64,000 bases of DNA from Geosiphon pyriformis uo1 (Eukaryota; Fungi; Glomeromycota): the NCBI GenBank assembly GCA_016748015.1, contig JAAOMT010000129.1, positions 867,914 to 931,913 on the forward strand, in the 5' to 3' direction. Numbering within the stretch: position 1 is the stretch's first letter; each line of letters begins with the position of its first letter. Shown in pieces: positions 36,969-51,784 of the stretch. Position numbers and translations under genes: made by a program. Under the pieces are notes generated by a model. It ran no database searches. It had not been told where the DNA came from and saw only the letters and a list, made by a program, of their open reading frames with translations.

Positions 36969-39900
36969 CTAAGCACTTATATGAACAGAGACCTTACCTT
37001 CTATGCCTGAAAAAAACAAACGAAACTTGAAACCAATACCAATCGTCTTAGCAACACCCAGCAGCTGGGTCACATCAGATGACAGCCTTAAAGAAAGCCC
37101 AGAAATTGGAACAGGAGCAGACTCATTGCACAGAATAAGCCCATTTTTTTCCATGAATGCACAGTGCTTGGCGCAAACCAACCAAATATCTTCCCAAAAC
37201 GCCAAGCTGAACTTACACACAAAGACCACAATGTTTTGACTTGCTTTTCTGGAATCCTTGAAGACAGAAACAGACTTACAAAACCAATCCTTGAAAACAA
37301 AACTCTTGTACAGAGCAGTACTAACTGAAACATTAAACACACAAGTAGACAATAGCTGCAAGACACTTAAGGAAGAATGAGCCAGACTGGAGCACACACT
37401 CCAAACTGCCGCATGAGCATTCAACAACTGAGCACGACCATCGGCATCAAATGGACAAGAAAAAGCATGGTTTGAGACCTCGACATCACCACAGAACAAA
37501 CACATCACACTAGGATAGTGCTTATCATAAAGCCGCTTATGCACTGTGACAGGAAGCCGATGGTGCAATGTCTTCATAAAGTAAGTCCAGAAACCAGCTG
37601 TCCACTTACTAGTGAAGCCAGCAGCCATGTGAGAATCCAGATGCCAAACCAGCAACAACCTAAACCAATCAATATCTGTATGCAGACTATCTGCCATCAC
37701 CCCAGTACCACAACTGATTTCCCAATGCGCACGATGAACAGACCAAAAAACATTCTGAACAAAATGCCTAAAATTACCAGAAATGGCTGCACCACCACCC
37801 CTAAGATAGCGTTCATTGACAGAATGGGGCAGATGCCAACCAGAGAAAGCCGCAGTTTTGGCCAACTTATCAGTCCATTCATTGCCTAAAACCTCTAAGT
37901 GTCTTTTGACCTTATACCAATTAACTTTTAAATTTTTACAACAAATAATATTCACAATATGATGGCATTTGATCCAACACCAATTCCTAAAATCTGGGCA
38001 AACCAATTCCATCTCCAACTTGCAAGCATCCAAAGCAGCCTGACTGTTCGAGAACAAGTTGATTGAGTAAGAAGAAGGAACGCATTTGAGCACCAGAGCA
38101 ATGGTCTTTAGTTCCGTTAAGGTAGAAGACATCAAATCAGATACCCCTACATCCAAACCCATACCAATGTCCTCAAAGAAAACAGCAGCTCCAGCTTTTA
38201 TATCAACTGTCCCTAAATTACTTAGAGATCCATTTGTATAAATGGAAAGATAACCAACATCAGAATCGAACAAACTGGCACCAATGATGCCAAACTCACA
38301 AGACTAAAGAACATCCGAAGAGGCATTACCAGCCAAAAGCATGGAACAGACAGGAAGAGAAGACACACCATTGAGAAACCAAATAGACAGCTCAAATCAA
38401 GCAGAAACCAGACCACGTGGGTCCAATCACTTCCATTGTTTGAAGGTTTTCCATTCAAAAACAGCCCCATTTTGGTCCCACAGCTGATCCACAAAAGCAA
38501 TCTTATAACGCCAAAGTGAAGAGACACTCTTGACATAATTCAATTCATCAAGAACAAAGAACATAAGAGTTCTACCCCACTAATGAAAAGCACTAACCAG
38601 AGAGCCACCCAATAACAAATCACATCCAGAGAAAATATGCATCACACCTGCCAGAAAATTATTAAGAGGATTAATCTTTACACAGACCAAACACTGCAAA
38701 GAATGTAGTGGACGCCAGCAGAGGACCTGCAGATCATGCAACTGGTGAGAAAATAGACACTCCAAAATCCCAACAGAGTTCGCAAAAGAAACAACCGAAG
38801 CCAATTTACTCTCAGCCTGAACCTGTTTAAAAGTCTTCAAACCATACAGAGAGAGATGATAAATCGCATCATTAGGGAAATCACGTGGCAAACCAGACTT
38901 AGATCTTAAGCCCTTATGAATCAAAGTGTCCCACTTTCTACAAGCACTAATAGGAATGTAACTGAACTGTGTTCTATATCCAATGATAGGAAAGAGGACT
39001 GCCAAAACCAAATATGAAAACTGCTTATTAGACACTGCCTTTTTTAGGACCAAATTAGAAAAGAACCAGACATCAGAATATGTCTTAGTCAAGCTAGACT
39101 TCAAAAGACCCTCAGTTGACAAATAGATCTCCAAATAGCAATGCAATTCCCCCTTCTTGGCAATAGAAATAGGTGACTCACTGATCAACAAAAAGGAAGC
39201 CATATCATCACAATTGATGGGGATGGCAACAGTTTTATCATTATTAATTGAGATGTTATTGATATCAAAAAATTTATTAGCAATGGTGAGAATATACTGT
39301 GTAGCACTTTGACTGCTGCCAACCCATATAGTATTATCAACAAAGGCATCCACTGTGAAAAATGAAGATACACTAGCCCAAGACTCAGTACGACCACATC
39401 CAAAAATAAAATGAGAATTCAATCTGTAACCACACCCATCTGCCTGCCTCTTAACTTCACACAAAAGGGGATCATAAAAGATGCGCTAAAGAAGTGGTGA
39501 GAACACCTTCCCCTGGTCCAAGTCATCATGCACCTCATACTCATCTGTCAAACCAAAATCTGTCATAACCCTGTTGATGTAACCATTGTGAATGCTGCCA
39601 AAAAACCTAATAAATCTGCTACACATTTTTATCCTAACCAAACTGTCCCAAAGGTGTTCTCATCCAACAGAATCATAAGCTTTCCGCATGTCCTACAATA
39701 TCAACCAGAGCTCACAATTTTTCTTCAAAGCATCCTCAATAACTGAACCAATGGCAAAAATAGGAGACTGTGTCGTCATGCTCTTCAAAACCGAAAAATT
39801 GTTCCCACACAAAACATCAAAAGTACTACAAGCCAACGAGATCCTATCTGAAAGAATCTTGGAAAGAATTTTGTGGGCAGTCTCAATTAAGACAATAGGT

Positions 39901-41648
39901 CAAGTGTTTATAAGAACTCTTTCTTACTCATATGGCTTAGGAATCATTGAGACCCAAGCTTCCTTCCAAGCATTAGACACAGACTCACAAATCAAACAAA
40001 AATTTAGAAGCACCAAAAACATATTCAAAATTGATTTGTTATAGTGTTTCCAGAGCTTGTTCAAAATCCCAGAGAGACCAGCAGCCTTGTCTTCAGGCAG
40101 ACCAGAAACCACACTGAACAACTTATTAAAACCAACGAAACATATTACACCAGAAAACATACCATCAAAAACATACTCCAAAGACTTGTATTGGTGAGAC
40201 CAATTATCAGAGATATCAGACACCACCTTGCACTTCCTGGTCCAGCCTTCCATGATTCCATCCACCCTAGCTTTGACTAAGCTGGGCTCCAAAATCAACT
40301 CATTACCTACAACTAAATGATCCAATACCATTTTGTAAAAAGGATGCTCCAAAACACTCCTGATGATGCAACTCTTGTCTGATTCAAAACTCTCCATCCT
40401 CCTATCAATAGCTGCCCTGATACAGGATTCCTCAGTACATCTGAATTCCAGCAACTTAGCAGAGTGGTAAGACTTCCTCGCCTTAACCAGAGCCAAGCGA
40501 ATCATGTTAAAATTAGAATCTGACAGAAACAAAGACTTCACCACCGAAACACCATTGATGTCGAGCCTCTCCTACATATTTAACAGCAATGCAAATTCTA
40601 CACTAGACAACAAACGAGATGCCTTAACCAGCTTGAATACAAGCAACTCAAGCTTGTGAAACCTAGAAGAACCCTTGGTAAAAACCTCATCATAACCCTT
40701 AAACCATTTTTTTTTGAATGTTCCAACCATTGAGAGAATCATTATTTTGTGCACAATGTTCCACATAGCATCCAAATCTGAAGATTCTACAGAGGCAGTG
40801 AAATCACTCGAGCACATTATGCCATTGGTCAATGTAGCATCCTTAAAATTGTTCCACTCTTTCTCGCCAGCATCTCCAAAATTGAACTTCCAATGATTTT
40901 TATTAGCCTGCTTGCACATCGAGTTCAGCTAAGAGTCAAGCAAGCCACCCAAGCTCACAGAAACAGAAATAGCTTTATGATCAGTATCAAAAAAGTCCTC
41001 GACACCAGTCACATCATGATTCACCACAGCATTGATCAAGCTTGAAGAGATGAACATATAGTCAATAGTCTTAACAACATCATGAGAGTTACCCCATGTT
41101 GGCATCTTAACAAGCACACTTCTATTCAAAGCATTAACCAGACCCAGATCAGAGCATTTTTTGAAACTGGCACTCTTATGAGCACCATCCTCATTGAAGT
41201 CGCCACCCAAGACCACAAAAGATGATTTATTTACTGCCTTAGCAATCAAAGAATTAATGTCGCCAGTCTGTGAGAAACAAACACTCAAAGAGGCACCAGC
41301 ATAGAGACCCAAAACAGAAACTGAAAGCTTATTCTTGAAAAGGAATCTGATGGAGAGAAGCCAACTGGGCACCTCAGAAATCTTGCAAACGTGTTTAGCC
41401 AAAGAATTGTTTATGACAATTGCCACACCAGAACCAAAACAACCAGAATCCAAACCAGAAGTGAACACCTGAACACCATCAAACTTGCCAGTGATCCATG
41501 GTCTAACCTTATCTCTAAGTTTAGATTCTGTGAAAATTGAAACCAAATTACCTATATCAAAGTGCCAGCAAACAACATCCACCTGTTTAGCAGAGTTATT
41601 CAAGCCCCAAACATTACAAGTAGCAAACTTCCAAACCAACTGACTCAT
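36969..41648 (-). pseudogene. LINE C ORF2 (APE-RT-RNase H-CCHC)
   Basis: MSQLVWKFATCNV, FTESK, GGDFN, IDYMF, TDH; QDMRKAYD, DQGKVFSP, AFVDNT; IYTNGS; CLFCGDVEVSNHAFSC. Confidence 0.92.
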
Positions 41649-43465
41649 TGAGAAAAAGGGAGAGCTAATGAACCCGAACCAGAATACAAAAGATTTAATT
41701 TAGCCAAAACAGAACTGACAGAAGTCTCCAGAGCTGACATCTTAGACTCCAAACCACCCACCTTGGTAGTTAAAACTTGAAGCCAGCATCCATATCAACA
41801 CTTAGAGAATGGGGATTGGATGATGCCAGTTCATCATCCAGAGCCATGTTAGAATCCAAAACAGGAGCCAAAGGCACAGAGCCAACCAAAAAAGGGGCAC
41901 CAGAAGATGGAACCATGGGCACCAATTCAACAAAACTCAATTTTCTTAAAATACCAGAAACTTGGTCAGCCAACAACTCGAAAGAGCATTCCAAAGATGC
42001 CAAGCGAGCATTTAAAGAAGAATCAGTAATTGTAGAGAAGAGAGGACCACCACCCAAATCTGAGGTCATATGAGGAGAGAAACCAATACCAAGACCAGAA
42101 CCAGAAGGAGAGCCACCAGAAGGGGAAGCAAGAGAGACTACCTGGGCCCATGACTTGTCACCAAAGGTAGCAGGACGAGATATAGGAACATTTTTTTTCG
42201 TGTATAACTTGGCCAACTGGAGACAATTCACACCAGAAGCACGTCTCTTATTAAAAATATTCAAGAAATCAGAAAACGACATATCTGATGCATCACACTC
42301 CAGAGCCAAATGACCAAGATGCCCACATTTTTTACACCAAACCAAATCCAACCTAGCCCAAGAAAAACGAACACCACCAAAAACAGGCTTAGTGAAGAAA
42401 GCAGAATTCAGATCATTCTCAGATTTGAAGCCAACCACAGCACAACGAACTCTATTGCTAGTGTTCAATAAACAATTAATGATGCAAGTTCTGCCACTAG
42501 TTCTATCCAGCAGATTACTAAGATCATATGCAGTTGTTTTCACCAGTAACGTAAACAGAAGTGCCCTAAAACGATCCCTAGAGACCCAGATATTGTGATC
42601 TCTCACGGCTTTTGCCACACACACAGAATCTTTCCCAATTAAGAAGGACTATTTCAAAGCCAATTGCTCTGTCTGTCCCGATTCAGCGAATTCTACCACA
42701 GCTTTCTGCCACATTCTGATCAGCTAAATTTTGATTGATTTAATTTCCCCAAATTCAGATACTGCGGTGATGATCATTTTTTTTGGTAATTTTTTTGATG
42801 ACTATGGCCCAATCTGAGCAAACTCCTTGTCTCTTAAGATTGCTGTTTACTATAATGTTATTTGCTCTGGCCAATAACATGGTCTTTTTTATGCTCTCAG
42901 ATGAAGTAAATGTTGATTGGATAATTCCTTCAAATTTTGAGGGGATAGTAGCCCCCCCAAAACCATTGATTCCTGAAAATAATTTCCTTATAACCTGAGT
43001 TTTGGCTGTTGCTGATTTCCCTTCTACAGCTGAAAGATTAATGTCCAAAGTGAATGATTTTTTCATGGCCACTTCCACTTGAGTTTTAATGATTTTGGGA
43101 TCTACTCACACCTTATCCAAAGAGAAAGACATATGGGGGGAAAGGGAAACTTCCTCTTCTTCCTCCATGTCATAATTAATAGAGCCAAGAAGGGAGTCAA
43201 CAGTCGCACCATTATTGAAATGTTTGGCTTGAGGTGTATTCATCTTGAAATCAGGTACTTTTTCACCTTTGAAAGCTTCACCATTAGTATCCATGCCATT
43301 AAACTGCCCAACCACATAGCCAGACCCACCACTTTCAAGAATTGTACTACTACTCAAGAGCTTAGCACCACCAGGAGGTTTCTTGATTTTATGACCTGAA
43401 CCACCACCAACCAAACCAGTAGTCAAAACTCTGGCTGACCTTCTCTTAACACTAGGGCCACTCAT
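41645..43465 (-). pseudogene. LINE C ORF1
   Basis: MSGPSVKRR start; RRM-like segments; CKKCGHLGHLALEC. Confidence 0.88.
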
Positions 43466-44469
43466 AATGGCAGCTGGACTGACAACAAAAGGGTTTGTTT
43501 CTTGTAAAATAGTGGAAGACAGTATATAAAAAACAGAAAAACTTCTTTTAAATTTATGACTTTTTTTCAGAAATTTGGGATGAAGGAGAGAAAAAAGTTT
43601 TTAAATTATAGTATATAAAAAACAAAATATAATTAAATTTTATTAAATGTTTTTAAATTTGGTTTAATTATTTATAATAAATTTGTTTTTTATGTTAATA
43701 ATAAAATTATTAAGATTTAAAATTTAGCAAAAAAATCAGTTTTAATATAAATTAATTAAGTATTTTTATATTTACATATTAAAACTTATATTATTAAGTA
43801 TTTAAAGAAAAAAAAAATAAGTAATAAATAAATTAAAATTTTATAAACCAAATAATTAACAAAATATTCAAAAAAATTACATTTTTTATGTTTAATAATA
43901 GTTATAATTACAAAGCTTATGTAAAAATATTTTTATAGTTTTATAAATTAATTTAAAAGATGATAATAAACAATTATTTTTTTATAATAATAAAATATTT
44001 AATAAATTTTTATATAATTAAATTATGAGCCAATTATTATTATTTATTAAACACACGTGATTTTTGGCCAATTAGAAATGTTTTTTAAATGCTGAAAATT
44101 TATTCTATTTACTATTGGTTTTTATTTAAAGTGTTTACAGAAAAAATCTAACTACATAATAAATTTTTAAGACATTTTTTATAAAAATGCTTTAGTTTAT
44201 ATATCTTATTAAAGACTATTTAATAATGCATTTTTTTATTATTAATATTATGTTTTTATTTATAGAGCCTTTATATTTTAAAGTATTGGATACCAAATCC
44301 TTAAAAAATATTTGAATTGATTATCTATATTAATAAAATTAAAACTGCATATATTTAAAGTTTATTATTAATTTTAAACATTTGGTAAATAAATTTTGAT
44401 AACGGAATAGAGACATAAATTGTCGTTTAAACCACCTTCCTTTTTCCTTTGTTATACGCTTTTATTACG

Positions 44470-47400
44470 ATGAAACAAATCTTTCTTAATCCTATAGAGT
44501 CTATACCATCTTCACCAATAAATGACGGGCGTTTCACCTTCGAGAATGTTCGTTACTGGAAAGACGAACAAGTTTCTCAATGGTTGGAAGATAATAACAT
44601 CAAAGAGTATGAACAACTGTTTTTAGGTATAATGTTCAACGCTTTACAATTTTGTGTCGACAGTTGAACTTTTCACAAGACATACATTCATTTTTTACTA
44701 GAGAACGATATAACTGGCGATGTTTTACTCGAATTGGATCATCAAATTTTAAAAGAATTAAAGATTTTGTTAATTGGAGAACGCGTTCGGATTTTGATTG
44801 CCGTTAAAGCATTGCTTAAGCTTTGCCTCAACAACACCGGACGTTATCCTAAGGTATATATCTATAACCTTTTCTACTTGATGAATCTATATTTCCGCTC
44901 AGGTAAGGCATATTATTTTGTATATGGTAAAGGTGAGGAGGGGAAAGAAAGAATCCTATAGTTTACTATTTGAAACTCTTAAAAGAGTTATGAATGAATG
45001 ATACAACTTTTTATTTTTTTTTCTGAGTTGTACTCACTTAATACTCAACGTTCCCTGCTAGCTTTATATAATAAATTTCGATATTTTTCGTACTTAACTA
45101 AAGCTGGCTATTTTCTCGAAAGGAATCGTATTCCCCAGATTCTGATCGCTTCCCGCAATCCTCCAGATCAAGCTCCATTCCAAGAACATTAGCCCGATCT
45201 GATTCTGGAAGATGTGGGTTGGGAGAGACTTTTCGTGAAAATCCCCAGAGGGTAGCCCAACACATGAAGGTAAAAGAGAAGACCTATATTGCTCTGAATG
45301 TAATTGTTATCTTCAGAACTTTTATTCCCTCATGGTATGCTAAAAAAGTATTGAATATAATATTAATAGAAGCCATCAACTGAAACTCCCAACATACCTA
45401 ATTATGTATCAATCAAACAGGTATTTATTCGTCATCTTGTGATATGATACCGAATCTAACACTCACTTAATTAACTTAAATCCTTACATTTTCAGCATAT
45501 CATTAAAGTTATTGCCGAGGATCATCAATCGCGCTCGATTGATATCCGTGGAGCAAATGATGCTAAAACAATTTTATCCAAAGTATTGCACAAATTTAAT
45601 ATTCGGGACGAAGTTGAGAAATATTCACTATGTACAACGATGAGTGATCCAGGAACTGGTAATTATAATTTCAGCTTTTTTTAACAACATTCTTGGTTTT
45701 AAAAATTATAATACAATGGTAAAATCTTAATTCACATTGTACTTATTTGAAACTAGCCCGTAGTCTAACGGACGAAGAGGTAGTGAAGATATGCAGCAAC
45801 CCAGAACGACCCGAAAGAGAACGACTTTTTTTGAAGAAAAAGCTCCTACAAATTACTCATACTGAAGCCAAACCTAAAAGAAATAATAAAAAATTGGAAA
45901 ACTTCTTTGGAGAAAAACCTCCAAGTACGCCCCAAGGGCCAACTCATAAGAAATTACGAAATTTCTTTGGACAGCGCCCTCCCTCAGAATTAATTTCCCT
46001 GAACCTAAATGAATACTTTAATAGCGAGGAATTAGCACGCAGTGCAAGAAATTCAATGCGACGGACATCCAGGATCTCCCGACCTAAATCTAAACGAATC
46101 TCAAGATTTTATGATGATACAACTTTGGTTCCAAGTTCTTCATTAGAATTATCAGAAACCACGATAACGGAGGAAGAGCCGGAAGAAACATATGAAGAAA
46201 TAGATATAGAGAAGGAGGAGGAGGAGGAAGAGGAAGAAGAAGAGGAGGAGGAAGAAGAAGAGGAAGAAGATTGGACACCAGATAATGGGGGTAAAACTAA
46301 AAATGAATTTTCTTTTAGATTAATCGAAATCATCTTTGTTAATGACTTTTATAAATTCACTATATCTGCCAATTTTGCCTTTAACACAACATAGATTCCG
46401 AAAGTTCGCTATTTAAATGGATTAAGGGCGCACTAATTGGGATGGGATCTTTTGGGAGTGTATATCTTGGACTAAATGCCGTGACGGGAGCGTTGATGGC
46501 TGTAAAATGTGTCGAGTTCCCAACTGGTCAATCTACTAACGAAAACCGAAAAAAGTCGATGGTAATTACTCTTTTTTGATGAAGCTTATTCTCAAATTTG
46601 CTGATTCTATTGCTATTATGTTTAGTTGGACGCTTTAGAACGAGAAATCGTCCTACTCAAAGATTTACATCATGAGAATATAGTCCAGTATTTAGGTGAG
46701 CTTTTTAAGAAATAACTTATTAATTGAGGATTAGGTTTAATCAATTTAATTTTTTGATGATTTCTTAGGTTCACATCACGATGAGAAAAATTTGAATATT
46801 TTTCTAGAGTATGTCCCAGGTGGCTCAGTAGCTACCATGCTAAAGAATTATGGGCCTTTAGAAGAAACATTGGTTCGGTCGTTTGTTCGACAGATTTTAA
46901 AAGGGTTGAATTACCTTCATGAGCAAGAAATTATTCACCGAGATATTAAGGGCGCAAATATACTTGGTAAGCGACCTGAGTTCAAACACTTATCTTACCA
47001 TGATGCCCCTTATTAATCACCTGGATATTTTTGAATTGGATCATCTTACGTCTTCAACTAAGTTGATAACAAAGGTGGGATTAAGATTTCAGATTTCGGT
47101 ATATCGAAGAAAGTTGAAGACGGTAAGTGGGAAATTCTTTAATTTTGTCAACACATCCCATCCTCATTTTGATTAATGTTTTGATCGTTGATCACACCAT
47201 TCATCAATCAATGCCTCGCTTTGCTGCTCTTAACATAACTCATACTATGATCCAAGGAGATGCTGATATCTGATTTTCAGACGAATAACATCATTGAAGG
47301 CAACAGCTTTCTTCAATTTTGATCTGCTTAGTTCCTTTTGCCAATACAGAATTTCATTGGAAAAACGTATTTCTGCAACAAGGGAGTTCACAGGTTTCTT

Positions 47401-48183
47401 AAACCTCCTAAATGGGGATCAATTTTTTCAAGATATGGACATTCGTCAACTATTTGCAAACGGGTAATTGAACAGATCAAAATTGAAGAGTCTAGGATTT
47501 TCTTCAATGACCCATCTCTCAAATGAGATTAGTCAATTATTTGTGATTAAGTGGAAGCAAGCCCACCTTTGTTCTCACAATAATGGGATTATAATATATC
47601 AAAGGATGATTCCTGAAATCGGGAATCATTTATTGTGATATTACTATGATCTCCAAATTCCGATTTTCCATCATAAATAGTGATTTACACTATGCTTTTT
47701 TCTGGACAAAACCTTCATTCTTCTTTGACGGTTATTTTTTAATTATATTTTACAGAATTTATAGCAGCTGCTTCAGCCCACCGACCATCATTACAAGGAT
47801 CGGTATTTTGGATGGCTCCGGAAGTAGTCAAACAGATTCACTATTCGACAAAGGCAGATATTTGGAGTTTAGGTTGTTTGATTGTTGAAATGTTCACCGG
47901 AGATCATCCTTTTCCTCGGTTCAATCAGATGCAAGCGATGTTTAAGGTTAGTTTTTCCTTAGCCCAACTGGTTATATTTTCCTAGCTGAGTTATTCATTA
48001 ATTACGTGCATAAAATATCCTTAGATTGGGTCTTCTTGTTCACCTGAAATACCCGATAGTGTATCACCCGATGCTAAAGATTTTCTAGCAAAAACTTTTG
48101 AATTAGATCATGAACGTCGACCAAAAGCAAGCGTATTATTGACTCATGCTTTTGTTGTCTCATCGATTAAGTCTCCGCTATAA
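44470..48183 (+). CDS. STE11: STE11/Byr2-type MAP kinase kinase kinase (SAM, Ras-association, kinase); about 12 exons; true start uncertain
   Basis: SAM (W..EQVSQWL...[10 protein letters not shown]...IGERVRIL), RA domain, [15 protein letters not shown], kinase [34 protein letters not shown]; GT-AG introns; stop TAA 48181-48183. Confidence 0.92.
46211..46270 (+). repeat. GAG/GAA repeat encoding poly-Glu in STE11
   Basis: Visible; in frame. Confidence 0.9.
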
Positions 48184-49664
48184 CTACAAGATGTCAATCT
48201 CTTATTTTCATCTTACGATGGATTATTTTTACTATTTATTTGATTTTAAATTTCCAGGTCAAAATCATTACCGTTTTATTGTTTAAACTTAAATGTATAG
48301 TATATCCCGCTAGGCAAAATACCTTACTTTTTTGTAGAGTTAAATGTCATGTAAGAAGTTGAAGTATCAAGAAAGATTCGAAAAACATCAAGTGACTAAA
48401 CTAGTAATACGCAAAATTCGACTGATAGAATTCATATTGCTAGTGACTTGTCGAGTATTATGGCCTTATCGCAGCTATCACGAGAGATAGTCATCAAAAG
48501 AGGCTACACAGCATCTTAATAGTAAGCAATATTTTGGAGCGCGATTTTTGAACCCCAAATTTGCTTTCAGTCGAGATACAGATAAAACTTTTTCGGTTAT
48601 TATGTGATTTTGACACTTTTGGCTAAAGCTCATGTTCATGATTGGGATTGAATCTGCTTCAGCAAAAAAATAATAATCAGTGAGACAACAAAACAATCAT
48701 ATAATTGGTTGTTATTTTTAGTTTTTTATTCAGTTCAAATTACCAATAATAAAGATGTTTATGATGAAAAAAATGCAACATATCATTAATTTAACTTCCC
48801 AAAGAAAAATATTGAATCTGTGTTATTTTCAGATTCTGGTAAATAAATGTGATAATTAATGTTGAATTGAATTTCTTTATCATTTTTGTGACCAACTTTA
48901 TTATCACTAACATATTTTAATTTGTTAATTTATAACAAAAAAAAATTATGTTGCAATCAGTTATAGTAGTATCATTTTTAATTATAATTATATAATTATA
49001 ATTTTTATATACTTTACTTACTTGATTATAATAAAAAATTTATTTATTACATAATTGCAATTTTAAATTATGTAATTTTTATGATTTAAAATCAATCATA
49101 TAGTTTAAGATTGAATTTATTAATTATTTTGTACATCAATATTAGAATTTTTATTTAATAAATTTTAATATAATTTACAATTATTTTTTGTTAGTATTAT
49201 ATGTATTTTTTTTAACATGAATTAGGTATATTTCAATAAAACAATTTAAATAATAATTTATTTTACATGTATTTATTAACTTATGAATTTACACAAAATC
49301 TTAAACAAATTACTTGAATATAATATGCCGTCTTTTTATTAAGAATGGAAGCAAGGTCATCTGAAGAATGACAATGTTATTACCCATTATTAACCGTGTT
49401 TCATCCCAAATCTCTGATAAAATATGGTTATCACGCGATAATTAACAAAATCGGAAACGATTCATTCCCCTACTAGCAAAATGGTCGCAATGTTTGTAAA
49501 TCTTATCAAGATCTTGAATGTAGGGAGATGGGAGGAACATCACGTTTACCACATATTTTCTTTGGTTCGATCAGGGTCGAATGGTGTGGATGAGGGTCAT
49601 TTATATCAGCAAGTAAAGCAGCATCAATAAACATGGAAATACTAAACAAGCTTTCAGCAATTTT

Positions 49665-51449
49665 CTACTTATCCTTTTCATTAAGGCCTCCATAGTGCAA
49701 AATCATTTCATAACAAAAAAACATTGTCGCGGCATTGGGTACGACTCGCATGAGGTGTGCGGTTAAGCCGCCATACATAGCCGTCATACCTTCATGACGA
49801 ATTATAGTTCGTGCACATTGAAACAACCCTGAATATTGCTGCTGCAGCCCTCTTTCAGATGGCAGTTGTCTTAAACGTGTTCTTAGGACCTTTTAATCGA
49901 TTAAAAGGTTAATTAATTAATTTTTGGTCAAACGTGGAATCATATTGTTCAACGTTATAAAATACAATAAAATAATATTAAGCTTGCCTCGTGTGGATAT
50001 GTTAGACCTGCGGCTATGAGCTTGGCAGATCCAGCAGCAGCCAAGTTATCGAGCAAATGCCAATAATTTTTTTTTGATACGAGGGTCTCTAAATCATCCG
50101 ATTCAGCAGTTTGATTATTTCTTCGTTTTGAAAAGCTTCTTTTCAAATATTCATAAGTAACCCATTGTATTGTTCCCTCAGCCACACCTAATTTATAAAG
50201 ATTTCAAATACAGTTTAGTAAGAGAAATGATAATTTTCAAAAATGAACTCACTTACCTAAGTAAGAAGCACTTAATCCTTTATAAAGTCCTTTGAAACCC
50301 TCCTCTCTGATTACCTTAATAACACAGTCCAAGGAATTTTTGTACTTTTTAACGGGGAATAGTAAGTGTTCGTTAAAAGTTTGAAGTTGCATACGAGTTT
50401 TAACTAGCCAAATAGGGTTGGTGACAGTGGAAGTGGTAATGCCTGTATGTATGAACATATTTCAAGAAGAGAATCAATTTTCAACAGAGTATAAAGTTTT
50501 TAAGAAATTTTCTTGAAATCACACATGTAAAAAAGTACCAGCAGATATGGCTGCTGTTGAATGCACCAGTGAAGTCTCTTGACCGCCATTAAGATCGGTT
50601 AAAATCCTTTTACCGTTACCATAAGTGAAAAAATAAATTGATCTAAATTAAGAACAAAGAAAGAAAGAAATGATGTAAGTAAATAGCAAGGAAGATTTAT
50701 TGATCTATGAGTCAAAAGTGCTCGACATGCCTTGGGATTGTAATACCTTGCTGGAATAACTCCAACGAGATTTGGCCCAAGACCTTTGAATAATGCTTTC
50801 CAACCTTCGCCCCGGTATATTGTACTTGGAAAGAGAGAAAATGGGAAGGAATAAAGGTAAATAAATAAATTTTTTATAAGACATACAAATAAATAAATAA
50901 ATAAATAAAAAAGTAAGTGAATAAAATGATACGAAGAGGCAAAAAAATGAATAATTACCCTAATAGTCTCCCGGTATCAACGAAACGTCCTAATATTGGT
51001 AAGGTTGAGGGTGGTGTTTGAGTAGGGACTAATATTGATGAATAAAAGGATGACTATAAAAAATAGTAGTTAAGGTTAAGACAATTTTCTAAAAATTTAA
51101 AAATGAGATTGGGACAAAAAGAAATAACTCGCTTGTAGTCGCGTTTTGACAACGTCTAATGGGCAAGTCACTATTGCCCCCATCATGCCACCAACCCTAG
51201 AATAAGAACAGCGTACATAGGGGTTAGAGGAGAACAGAGAGGATAAGAGAGGATATAGAGGGAAAAAAAAGTTAAGGAAAATAGGTTAAAAGTATACCCT
51301 CCAGCGACCAAATGAAGCCATGCTTTAGAATTAACAGTTGGTTTTGTTTTGGTTATTTGGGAATTGGACTGTTGTAAGGTGTGGTTTTGGCCTTGAAAAG
51401 CGCGATGTTGTTGCGCAATGGGTGGAGTTGTTGTAGCCGCTATGGGCAT
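49665..51449 (-). CDS. RIM2: Mitochondrial carrier, pyrimidine nucleotide transporter (RIM2/SLC25A33/36-like), 8 exons
   Basis: Three carrier signatures CPLDVVKTRLQ, NPIWLVKTRMQ, YPHEVLRTRLRQ; family-typical GLGPNLVGVIPARSIYFFTY and GLTAHLMRVVPN. Confidence 0.9.
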
Positions 51450-51741
51450 ATTGATTAAAAACAAAATTGAGGTTTTTAGTCAAGAAATTAAAAGTTTAAT
51501 TAAAAAAAACGCGTATTTAAAAATTTAGAAGTGAATAGTGGGTCGTGGTTTCTAAAAAAAAAGTGAGCATTTAAAAATTTAGATTTAACGTCCAATAAGA
51601 AGTAAGAAAATTAAAAAAATCATTATGAGTCACTAAGATTAATATATACTCGCAGAATTTTTGTGAACATTTATTATGTTGGTGAACAATATAATCTACA
51701 AGTATAACAATTTTCTTTAATTTGAAATTAAAATTATTAAA

Positions 51742-51744
<3 letters not shown>

Positions 51745-51782
<38 letters not shown>
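51745..51782. repeat. (ATT)n microsatellite
   Basis: Visible. Confidence 0.9.

Positions 51783-51784
<2 letters not shown>

Larger units (their letters stand above)
36845..43597 (-). mobile_element. Full-length LINE copy C (~6.75 kb), inactivated
   Basis: CT-rich 5' end, ORF1, ORF2, conserved tail 36845-36968. Confidence 0.95.

Noticed and set aside
47338-47888. Short ORFs inside the STE11 long intron
   Set aside because: Non-ATG or out-of-frame, no motifs; the kinase exons join without them
51198-51296. U12-type intron in RIM2 (donor GTATACTTT)
   Set aside because: The donor deviates from GTATCCTT, the TTCCTTAAC lies near the 5' end rather than at branch distance, and a U2-type CTAAC is present near the acceptor
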